Shown here: positions 56,221-64,000 of the stretch, one piece after another
How the letters are laid out: each line of letters starts with the position of its first letter
Position numbering within the stretch: the first letter of the stretch is position 1
Virus record (IMG/VR): IMGVR_UViG_3300037541_000451
Span: 13,730 to 77,729 of that record
Strand: one strand, 5' to 3'
Origin: a virus
Taxonomy: Duplodnaviria; Caudoviricetes
Length of the DNA stretch: 64,000 bases
Position numbers and translations under genes: made by a program
The notes under the pieces: generated by a model
The model's input: the letters and a program-made list of their open reading frames with translations, nothing else
Database searches by the model: none
Told to the model about the DNA's origin: nothing

Positions 56221-56700
56221 TTACTCCCTAAATTCAGCCCAAGATCTCACTAATTCTAAACGTTTTTTATGTCTATCTGTTATTGGTTCCTTAACTGGCC
56301 ATGACACTTTTTCAATCAGAGTGTTGTACCAGTTCTTGTCGGTAGGTGCTTCTACCATACACAAAGACCAAGTTTCAGAGTAAGACAACGTTCCTTTTGT
56401 TTTGTATTGTTCTATGCAAATAAAGTCGAATTCTTCTTTAGGTCTTACTTTAAACATTTCATTTAAGACTTTCGAAGAAGACGTATATTTCTTCCAATTT
56501 GACTCTTTACCTTTATTTAAAGCACCTGTTCCATAGTACAGTTTCTTACCTAAATAAAAGCGTTCAAGAATTCTATCTCTAATGACGTATATAAAACCAA
56601 CGCCATCACCCATTTTATCTGGAAATTTCCAGTGACCGTTTAAAGAATTGTTGTATATGATTGGTTTTTCTATTTTAGGTACAGTTCCTGTAAATTTCAT
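56221..56700 (-). CDS. GIY-YIG-like endonuclease
   Basis: GFIYVI...FYLGKK...WKKYTSSS. Confidence 0.65.
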   Translation of the reverse strand: MKFTGTVPKIEKPIIYNNSLNGHWKFPDKMGDGVGFIYVIRDRILERFYLGKKLYYGTGALNKGKESNWKKYTSSSKVLNEMFKVRPKEEFDFICIEQYKTKGTLSYSETWSLCMVEAPTDKNWYNTLIEKVSWPVKEPITDRHKKRLELVRSWAEFRE

Positions 56701-56720
56701 TAAACATCCTTATACGTCTC

Positions 56721-57542
56721 CTATGAAATCAATTCCTGAACTACTGGCCAATCTTTGCATGTGAAAAAGTCACTTTCATTTTTAGACAGATAGATCATTT
56801 TGCCATTCGACATTAAGTAGCTAAACCACTCATCACCGTAGGCTTGAATATATTGATCTACAACTTGTTCCTGGAATTCTTGTTCGGTACTAAATGGCTT
56901 TAAAATTCTTTCAGCTTTAACCTCACCAACGCGTGGCACTCCAGGTATATTGTCTGTCGGATCACCTTTCAAAAGCTGTTCATAATAGTGTCTGATTGCC
57001 TGCTCTTCAGATATTGTTATAAGCTCTTTCTTATGCATTAGATAGTGCTTACCTGGAATGCATTTCAAATCTTTATCGATTGAGCATATAACATAATCAT
57101 CGCCAGCTTCAATAGCCTGTGTAGCCCATATTCGCATCAAATCATCAGCTTCAAAGTTTGTAGCTTCTACAGCTAAATCCTCAGCTGCAGCTAACCTTCT
57201 AAGTACCGGTACAAATGCATTTTGTTTATTAGGATCAGCATGCCGATTTAATTTGTATTCTGGATATAACTTATTTCTAAAGTTATTAGAACCCTTTACA
57301 GCCATTAAATATTTGTCGCAATAGATTAAATCTAACAAAAATCTTAAATCTGATTTTAAATTTTCCCAAGATTCTTCTAAATATTGTTGATCTTCTTCTT
57401 TAGTCCATTCTAAAGGTATTCTTTTGCCCTCGTCGTCGAGACTTATAAAAGACATTCCATTAGTCACTCTAGCCTTCTTTTCCCAACGAGGCTTACATGC
57501 TTGATAGCACAAAACGTCTCCATCGATAATTGCAATTGTCAA
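56721..57542 (-). CDS. 5'-3' exonuclease (T7 gp6/RNase H-like)
   Basis: IIDGD, EADD, SIDKDL, GDPTDNIPG.P.VG. Confidence 0.93.
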   Translation of the reverse strand: MTIAIIDGDVLCYQACKPRWEKKARVTNGMSFISLDDEGKRIPLEWTKEEDQQYLEESWENLKSDLRFLLDLIYCDKYLMAVKGSNNFRNKLYPEYKLNRHADPNKQNAFVPVLRRLAAAEDLAVEATNFEADDLMRIWATQAIEAGDDYVICSIDKDLKCIPGKHYLMHKKELITISEEQAIRHYYEQLLKGDPTDNIPGVPRVGEVKAERILKPFSTEQEFQEQVVDQYIQAYGDEWFSYLMSNGKMIYLSKNESDFFTCKDWPVVQELIS

Positions 57543-57624
57543 ATGTACCTCCTTTGATTACAATATAAACATTTTACGAAATACTTATTTGTGTATTTCT
57601 TACATACAATACATTTGAAAGCAG

Positions 57625-58029
57625 TCATGACTTAGGACCTACAAAAATTGAATCAGGTAATGGAAATTCATATCCCACCTTCCTCCACAGATGCAAACAA
57701 AATGGATGATGATTTACATATTCACTCTGAGGTGGATGAAATTGAATAACGCAATCTTGCTTTCCCCAAAACAAATCTTTAACAAAACACATCTCTCCCC
57801 ATGTAGGGCATCTTTGAGTTCCTACAGTAACGCTGACGTGTTCCCAACCATGCCCATCAGATGCGATTACGAATAAATCTGTCTTAGTGTCTGTATAATA
57901 TATTTTAAAAGCACCATTATTTTTGTATGACCAATCCGACGCTAATGGTCCTTGGGTCAATCGATATTGTTCTGGAACTTTGAACATTTGGCCACCAATC
58001 AGGTTTATTTCGTTTAGTCCAATTAGCAA
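57625..58029 (-). CDS. Conserved phage hypothetical protein
   Basis: GWEHVSV...RCPTWGEMCFVKDLFW...HPFCLHLWR; likely start MFKV near 57990. Confidence 0.7.
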   Translation of the reverse strand: MLIGLNEINLIGGQMFKVPEQYRLTQGPLASDWSYKNNGAFKIYYTDTKTDLFVIASDGHGWEHVSVTVGTQRCPTWGEMCFVKDLFWGKQDCVIQFHPPQSEYVNHHPFCLHLWRKVGYEFPLPDSIFVGPKS

Positions 58030-58444
58030 AGCTTGCTTTACTTTTGTAGTACTCCCTATAAGACTCTACTGTCTTATAAGTACCATCTAAGTATTTAAGC
58101 TTATACTGCTCAGGCATGCATAAAACCCAAGGTGTACAACCTTGAGGAATACACACTAGAGGTTCATGTAAGCTCTCTATAACATCTTGACATTTATGTC
58201 TTTTGTTAAATCTATAAGTATATTCTTCACAGATAGCTATGCCATGCTTTACTAACCATTTATAATTTTCAAGAGCCTCTGCTGCCCATAGAACACATGG
58301 ATGATTCTGATGAGTAGGCTTGTAAGGGCCTCCGTTAATAGTTGAAAGAATTTGAGCTGTTTCGAGTGCCATTTTAACAATATGCTTATCGAATTGCATT
58401 CTAGCAGCTTCTTGCGGATTAACACTTAAAACGAATATGTTCAT
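57917..58444 (-). CDS. Pyrimidine-dimer DNA glycosylase (DenV)-like family protein
   Basis: MNIFVL...DKHIVKMALETAQILST...YKPTHQNHPCVLW. Confidence 0.7.
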   Translation of the reverse strand: MNIFVLSVNPQEAARMQFDKHIVKMALETAQILSTINGGPYKPTHQNHPCVLWAAEALENYKWLVKHGIAICEEYTYRFNKRHKCQDVIESLHEPLVCIPQGCTPWVLCMPEQYKLKYLDGTYKTVESYREYYKSKASFANWTKRNKPDWWPNVQSSRTISIDPRTISVGLVIQK

Positions 58445-58734
58445 TACAAATTTAAAACTTTAATTATTTTCTTGTATTTAAATCCATCTATAAAAGAGTG
58501 ATTTTTCACACTTTTAATTACTTTTCCAAAACTATAGAAGTTATTAGCAGGTACAATTACTATTGTATCTTTCTCTAGTTCATTTTCGGATAAATAAGCA
58601 TAACCTTTAGACCAAATCCCTCTTTCGTTAAATGTTACGAAGACAGCGTAACCATTTTTCTTGAGAAAGTCACAAGAGCCTTCTTCAGTTATTGCACACG
58701 ATTCTTTTTTATGACATAAAGAGGAACAATTCAT
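58444..58734 (-). CDS. Hypothetical protein
   Basis: Coupled. Confidence 0.55.
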   Translation of the reverse strand: MNCSSLCHKKESCAITEEGSCDFLKKNGYAVFVTFNERGIWSKGYAYLSENELEKDTIVIVPANNFYSFGKVIKSVKNHSFIDGFKYKKIIKVLNL

Positions 58735-59108
58735 TTTGGATCTCCGAATGCGATGTAGTATTGAGGGCCTTTATTTAAATCTTGTTTAAAGTACATTTGC
58801 TCTAATTCAAGTTTTGCACAAATACTCTTAATTGTACAAAATAACGGAAAATCACCATTTTTAGTGCTACTTTCGTAGTAATGATCTGTTACATGGATCC
58901 AAACATATGGTTTTGAAATAGCCATGCTAATGGTAGAAAGAGCAATTGCCAGACTTTTACCTTCTTGTCTGCCTTTCATTGAGAGCGGATAACTTCTCGC
59001 TAAATGCAATGGATTTCTTTTGCTTCTTGGTGGATCTGTAGGAGTCAGATCAGATTTAGTTTTGTCAATGGACATCATACCATGAGTTTCCAATTTTAGC
59101 ACCTCCAT
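58731..59108 (-). CDS. Hypothetical protein
   Basis: Overlaps the polymerase end; start uncertain. Confidence 0.45.
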   Translation of the reverse strand: MEVLKLETHGMMSIDKTKSDLTPTDPPRSKRNPLHLARSYPLSMKGRQEGKSLAIALSTISMAISKPYVWIHVTDHYYESSTKNGDFPLFCTIKSICAKLELEQMYFKQDLNKGPQYYIAFGDPK

Positions 59109-60930
59109 CCATAATTGTTACACCAAACAACTTAGGACCATCTATAAATGCTTGTTTACCAATCTTTGCGGCTTCCTCTGCATGCTGCTCTGGAACCATA
59201 AAATCTATTTCATCGTGGTAAAAAATGCAAGGTACAAACGGAATGTTTGCTTTGTTTAACCGTTCAACTGTTAGCATCAAGGCTGATGCACAAGTAATTT
59301 TCTCTAGAGACTGTAAAAGATACACAAGAAGTTTATGGAAGGAATCTACATATATTCGATTGCCAGCTAACGAAGGAATGTAGCCATCTCCATTTTGAGA
59401 AGTTTTACCGTAAATATTTTCTAATTTATCGATTAGTTCTTTAAATCCAGGAACTGCTTTAAGAAAGCCATTTTTTAACTTATTGCCTTTTTCAGCGTTT
59501 AATGTACCAAATATGTAACTCCACAATTTCTTGCCAGAGGCCCCAAATAGAAATGCATATAAAATACGTTTTGCCTGAGACCTCGCGACTGTATGCTGAA
59601 CACCCATTGACTTCAATACAGCTGTTAATACATCTGCATTGTACTGATGAATATCGCCGTTGAGCAAAGTATCAATGAACTTAGGATCACCAAGATAATG
59701 CGCCAACCCTCTTGCTTGATTACCCGATGAGTCACATCCAATAAGCTTCCATCCCGGAAGACACGTGAATAAAGAACGCATTTCTTTACCCCATGGACTA
59801 TCTGCGGAAGGTACGTTAACAATGATACTATGGCGAGCACGCATGCTGGGAGTGCCAATAGTAATACAAGAACCATGGAGCATTCCGTTTTCATCTGTAT
59901 TCTCAATCCAAGTCTTTAAAATGCCAAATCGAGACCTTGCAGTTAGAAATTCTAAGTATAATTTACCATCACCTCCAAGAAACTCTAAACTGTCTTCGGT
60001 TATTTTTGGAGAACTTTGAACTTTCTTACCGGTAATTTCATCAACTTTGTAATTATATTCAGTAGGCTCCCATCCATTTCTATATAGAAACAATTTTACA
60101 TCGGTGACTGAATCAAGACTTAAGAATTCAAATTCAACTCTACAATATGGCCCTGCAACCATCCTTTCTTCACCTTCATAGCCAGACCAAGGATCTATAT
60201 TAAACCATTTTGCAGTATGAATATCATAACAACCTTTTTGTGTCCACTTTGGTCTTTTTTCTTCAACGATACCTTTTTTACGATCTACAGCAACACATTT
60301 CATTCCAAGCTTACTATTTAAGGTGTTGTAAGCCCTATTCATTTCATCTTCTAGTTTAATATAAAGTTCTTTCGCCTTAGGCATATCAAAAGGCCACCCA
60401 TGATACTGCGCATCTGCCGACCATTTAGCTGCAGCATGTTCCGCTCTTAGATAATACTTAATATTCGGTTGTTTAGAGTAAAGATCTTTATATTCAGCAT
60501 CAAGAATTTCAAAGACTTTTACATTGAGATCAACGTCTGATACGTTTCGAATTCTCATTTCCTCTGAGAATTTAGACCAATCCTCGTGTTGTACTTTTGG
60601 TTTTCCTAAGAAGTTGCCCCAGGCTTCTAAGCTATGGCCTTCATTTCCGAATCGTTTATAGTTTAATACTCTGGATAAAATTAGAGTATCTGTAACTATT
60701 ACATTACTTGGCAATTCGTAATTAAATAATTTTTTGAATAAAGTAAAATCATAATCTACAATATTATGTCCAATTACATGAGTAGCTTTTTTAAATTCAT
60801 TAATCCAGCTTAAATCACCTTCTAAATAACTTTTCGTAGTGTTTGTATTAAAATTGTAGATTGTTAATATCCACATCCGAGTTGCAGTTTCTATTAAGCC
60901 ATCTGCCTCGGCATCGAATAAAATCTTCAT
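59065..60930 (-). CDS. DNA polymerase, family A (T7 gp5-like)
   Basis: Exo FDAE, GHNIVDYD; GCDSSGNQAR (A), RSQAKRILYAFLFGA (B), YHDE (C). Confidence 0.96.
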   Translation of the reverse strand: MKILFDAEADGLIETATRMWILTIYNFNTNTTKSYLEGDLSWINEFKKATHVIGHNIVDYDFTLFKKLFNYELPSNVIVTDTLILSRVLNYKRFGNEGHSLEAWGNFLGKPKVQHEDWSKFSEEMRIRNVSDVDLNVKVFEILDAEYKDLYSKQPNIKYYLRAEHAAAKWSADAQYHGWPFDMPKAKELYIKLEDEMNRAYNTLNSKLGMKCVAVDRKKGIVEEKRPKWTQKGCYDIHTAKWFNIDPWSGYEGEERMVAGPYCRVEFEFLSLDSVTDVKLFLYRNGWEPTEYNYKVDEITGKKVQSSPKITEDSLEFLGGDGKLYLEFLTARSRFGILKTWIENTDENGMLHGSCITIGTPSMRARHSIIVNVPSADSPWGKEMRSLFTCLPGWKLIGCDSSGNQARGLAHYLGDPKFIDTLLNGDIHQYNADVLTAVLKSMGVQHTVARSQAKRILYAFLFGASGKKLWSYIFGTLNAEKGNKLKNGFLKAVPGFKELIDKLENIYGKTSQNGDGYIPSLAGNRIYVDSFHKLLVYLLQSLEKITCASALMLTVERLNKANIPFVPCIFYHDEIDFMVPEQHAEEAAKIGKQAFIDGPKLFGVTIMDGGAKIGNSWYDVH

Positions 60931-61505
60931 TTTACACTTGGATAAACACTGTTGATTTGATCCATAATTTCATGCGCATATTTTGCATGAATCGGTTTCT
61001 TATTGTTTTTAATATATAACATCATATAGATATAATAAAATAGACCCTTTGAAAGTTCTTGTGTTTCGGAATCTTTACGACCATTCCTATCTAAGTATTT
61101 TCGAATCTGCAATTCAACAGCTGCGATAAACAGTTCTGGATTCTGATAACGCGAGATACGAGACATCGCGTCAATCCATTGATATTCATCAATAAAGTTT
61201 TGGTAGTGGTTGAGTTGAATTGCATCAGTTTTAACAAAAGATGCATTCAATTCAGTATTGACGCTAGTCGGCTTTTCAATCATATTTGGAGCCCAAGCGA
61301 ATTCTCTTTCGAGTCTTTCTCGCCACATTACAAGGTCTTCGATACTTTTTAAAGTAACATCAGGTGTATCTTTTGCTAGGTTACTAACAATAACAGAAAA
61401 TGGGAAAGTTACATCGGCATCGTCAATACTGTGAAAACTAGTTGCTGTATCAAATTTAACTAGTGAGCCTTCTCGAGTTTCACAGAAAGTATAAAGATAT
61501 TGCAT
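60927..61505 (-). CDS. DUF3310-like protein
   Basis: NHY...IDAM...KYLDRNGRKD...ELSKGLFY. Confidence 0.55.
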   Translation of the reverse strand: MQYLYTFCETREGSLVKFDTATSFHSIDDADVTFPFSVIVSNLAKDTPDVTLKSIEDLVMWRERLEREFAWAPNMIEKPTSVNTELNASFVKTDAIQLNHYQNFIDEYQWIDAMSRISRYQNPELFIAAVELQIRKYLDRNGRKDSETQELSKGLFYYIYMMLYIKNNKKPIHAKYAHEIMDQINSVYPSVK

Positions 61506-61523
61506 TTTTATTTCAATTTAAAA

Positions 61524-61547
61524 GGGGCTACCCTTTCGAGTAGCCCC
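61524..61547 (-). terminator. Intrinsic terminator after SSB
   Basis: GGGGCTAC/GTAGCCCC stem then T-run on the minus strand. Confidence 0.75.
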
Positions 61548-61558
61548 ATTAGTTTGGC

Positions 61559-62062
61559 TTAATAAGTATCGTCTTCGTCGCCGTTTTCTTTGGTGTTATC
61601 GATTACTTCCGTTTCGGCTTCATCGAACTCATCACCACGAGGTTTCGGCTTGTAGACAATATGCTTTGTCACTTGAATACCCATAAGGACGCTGGCAATA
61701 CCTTTACCGCCATCCTTACGAGGATATTCGTATTGGAAAATACGAACATTGCCAATCGAGCCGTTTCCGATACTATTCGGATCAATTTCTCTTAGCTTAC
61801 CATCAATAACAGTGATAGGAGACGCTTTTTCACCATCTTCTTTGATTGACTTCTTTCGAAGGTTCACACGGAAATAAGGAGCACCTTCATCAGGTACCAC
61901 GGCTTTCACAGGAAGACCGATTTCTTCCCACAACTTCTTTACAGCCTTATCCGTAGTACGAATTTGAGCTTCCCAGGTAGGATTTTGCTTATTAAACTTT
62001 GCGCTTGGACGCTTAGGGTCGAGCTTGCAAAACCACAGTTCACAGTCTTTAACGATTGGCAT
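61559..62062 (-). CDS. Single-stranded DNA-binding protein (T7 gp2.5-like)
   Basis: OB-like body, IGNGS.GNV, acidic tail ending in aromatic Y. Confidence 0.75.
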   Translation of the reverse strand: MPIVKDCELWFCKLDPKRPSAKFNKQNPTWEAQIRTTDKAVKKLWEEIGLPVKAVVPDEGAPYFRVNLRKKSIKEDGEKASPITVIDGKLREIDPNSIGNGSIGNVRIFQYEYPRKDGGKGIASVLMGIQVTKHIVYKPKPRGDEFDEAETEVIDNTKENGDEDDTY

Positions 62063-62095
62063 AGTTTTCCTTAGAAATAGTTGACCCTCATTTGA

Positions 62096-62114
62096 GGGTT
62101 AATCTAACGGGTTT
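62096..62114 (-). promoter_or_regulatory. Phage RNAP promoter candidate, copy 4 (AAACCCGTTAGATTAACCC)
   Basis: 18/19 match; upstream of the replication module. Confidence 0.8.
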
Positions 62115-62137
62115 CCCTAACAACTAAATACACAAAT

Positions 62138-62335
62138 TTACTCTAAGAACAGTTTATCCCACTGCTCAGGAGTAATACCACTCAAAATGAATTCACGCTG
62201 GTCAGGTGTCAACTGCGGGAAAAAGTTTTGTATAGGCGTATTTCCTCTATAGAATTCTTCTAATTGACTTTCAGTTATAGGTATTTCCATACCATACACT
62301 TTCGAGTCAATTGGACTTACTTTTTGTAAATACAT
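62138..62335 (-). CDS. Conserved phage hypothetical protein
   Basis: IQNFFPQLTPDQREFILSGITPEQWD. Confidence 0.7.
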   Translation of the reverse strand: MYLQKVSPIDSKVYGMEIPITESQLEEFYRGNTPIQNFFPQLTPDQREFILSGITPEQWDKLFLE

Positions 62336-62338
62336 AAT

Positions 62339-62782
62339 TCACCAAGAAGGATTTAGGTTTATTTCTTGAGATTCATGCTGTTTAGTAATTTCAAAAGACT
62401 TTTTAATTAAAGGATATTTTTCCTCAAATTGCTTTGGAATTAAATAGATATTTCCGCCGCCATTGTGAGTAATTAAAGAGACTTGATAATATCCATCTTT
62501 AAGATCTTCAAAGATGTCAAATTGAGTTTCTTTCTCATCAATTGTAAAATATCTTTTATTTTGGTTATCGTACGCAACTGTTTGGATTTGCTTAAGATCT
62601 ACTTCTGTTTCCACTAAATATATTTTACCGCCTAAATCTAATTCGAAGTTTTCGCCAAAGTTATCTTCATTACTGCCGAAAGTATTTCGCATATTTTCGA
62701 TGTAATTTTCAATAACTTTAACTAGCTCTTTAGATGGCGAATTTTCACGAAGAGCTTCAATATTATTTCCAAGATCTTTCAT
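62339..62782 (-). CDS. Hypothetical protein
   Basis: GAGG SD directly after the RNAP stop. Confidence 0.65.
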   Translation of the reverse strand: MKDLGNNIEALRENSPSKELVKVIENYIENMRNTFGSNEDNFGENFELDLGGKIYLVETEVDLKQIQTVAYDNQNKRYFTIDEKETQFDIFEDLKDGYYQVSLITHNGGGNIYLIPKQFEEKYPLIKKSFEITKQHESQEINLNPSW

Positions 62783-62788
62783 AGCACC

Positions 62789-63468
62789 TCAACAAAAGCA
62801 ATATTCACTTTCTAAGATTAATTTTATATCTAGATTTCCTAATTTTACATTTGTAAAGTCACCTCCAATGTCTTTCATAATCGATTGTAGTGGATCTGAT
62901 TCGTATAATTTAAGAAAAGTTGTTCGAAGTAATACAAACAATTTTGACATATCTGCCAATAAACATCCGAAAGAATCGTGTATAGTAGTTACTGGAAAAT
63001 CAGCTTCAGAAACTACCATCGATAAATGTGCGGCATCTAAGCTATGAATTATATTTGGGCTTGCACCTTGCGATTGTTTACCTTTAGATGGAACTGGTTC
63101 CTCAATAAAGCATATTGCTAACTGCAAAGTGTTTTCATAATAGCCAGTATTATTTCTTTCACCCTTTGGTGGTCCGTATTGAACCCATATCTTTTTTACA
63201 GTACCTTCTGTGTAGTTTTGAACAACTGGAAAATTCGTGACAGGGACAGTCCACGAAAGAAACCTATCATCTTTTTCAGCCTTTTTACCAGCATCTTCAA
63301 AGACTTTGAGAAGCTGCATTGGACGTTCTAAAGAGATACGACAATTGTTAAATGTCTCTCTACCTAAATAAGCACCCCATTTGTGTTCCATAAACATCAA
63401 CAAGTCTATATTATGCTTACGGGCATCGTCAATAACTTGCTGACCTAAACCATATGCAGTTCCGCCAT
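62789..63468 (-). CDS. T7-family RNA polymerase (second enzyme), 3' exon
   Basis: (T)AT GGC GGA ACT = YGGT in frame with ORF 62789..63403; SPNIIHSLDAAHL...TIHDSFG, terminal YCFC. Confidence 0.92.
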
Positions 63469-64000
63469 CGTTTTGTTCAGTAAAGTTCGCTACGCTTTAC
63501 CCGTATTGAGTTAACTCCTAAGAACTGCAAATTCGCCGTACAGTTCTTTTCGTTTCTGTTCTACACAATTAAATGCTTCTTTAGGTGTATTAAACAATCC
63601 TAAATAAAGCTTTTTACCATCAATAGTAAGTCTAGCTTGATATTTTCCACTAGGCGTTTTAATTATGCCTCTGTACCCTGTTGTATTGTTTTTAGACAGT
63701 TTCGAGTTTTGTCTATTTTGAACTTGATTACAGAGCCTAAGATTTTCAATTTTATTATTTAAAGGATTGCCGTCGATATGATCAATTTGCATTCCTAAAG
63801 GAATCGTTTCATTATGTATTTCATAGATAATCCTATGAAGCATAAAATTCTTTCCGAATACTTCGACTTGATAATATCCAGAACTGTTAATCCAGCCTAC
63901 TTTAGAGTGTTGATTGTTAGAATAAATTCTAGTTAGAGAGCCATTGCTATTATATTTAAATATTTCTTTCCAATTCATTGTATACTTAACTCAATACAGC
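63469..64000 (-). mobile_element. 3' part of a group I intron with looped-out HNH ORF
   Basis: Terminal G at 63469; inverted repeat 63501-63514/63986-63999 (13/14) brackets the ORF; GTAAAG/CTTTAC hairpin before the 3' splice site; core predicted beyond 64000. Confidence 0.78.
63511..63978 (-). CDS. Intron-encoded HNH homing endonuclease with AP2 domain
   Basis: LHRIIY...IDHIDGNPLNNKIENLR...TGYRGI...YQARL..YLGLF.T..EA. Confidence 0.92.
   Translation of the reverse strand: MNWKEIFKYNSNGSLTRIYSNNQHSKVGWINSSGYYQVEVFGKNFMLHRIIYEIHNETIPLGMQIDHIDGNPLNNKIENLRLCNQVQNRQNSKLSKNNTTGYRGIIKTPSGKYQARLTIDGKKLYLGLFNTPKEAFNCVEQKRKELYGEFAVLRS

Overview
A 64 kb slice of an AT-rich tailed-phage genome. Every credible gene is on the minus strand, and no integrase or repressor is visible. 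Read right to left (transcription order): a T7-family RNA polymerase (RNAP; only its 3' exon is in the window, behind a group I intron), a T7-like replication module (SSB, family A DNA polymerase, exonuclease, primase-helicase), class II ribonucleotide reductase, DNA ligase, many small accessory ORFs with five tRNAs, an AT-rich repeat region, terminase, ~15 kb of fibre/adhesin genes, portal, two candidate internal proteins sharing an N-terminal peptide, a second T7-family RNAP fused behind a MuF (SPP1 gp7-like) minor head domain and split by a complete group I intron, then scaffold, major capsid, neck, siphovirus-type tail genes (lambda-type GGGAAAG frameshift) and a tape measure gene that runs off the window. 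The standout is an apparent two-polymerase system with a MuF-delivered virion RNAP, both RNAP genes interrupted by HNH-carrying introns in motif B, and a four-copy 19-bp phage promoter. Also notable: a tRNA gene split by an HNH + replacement-tRNA cassette, and several unexplained structured non-coding elements. All family assignments are by motif recognition from the translations; no database search or folding program was run. Three small frameshifts and two 31-33 nt homopolymers may be assembly errors.
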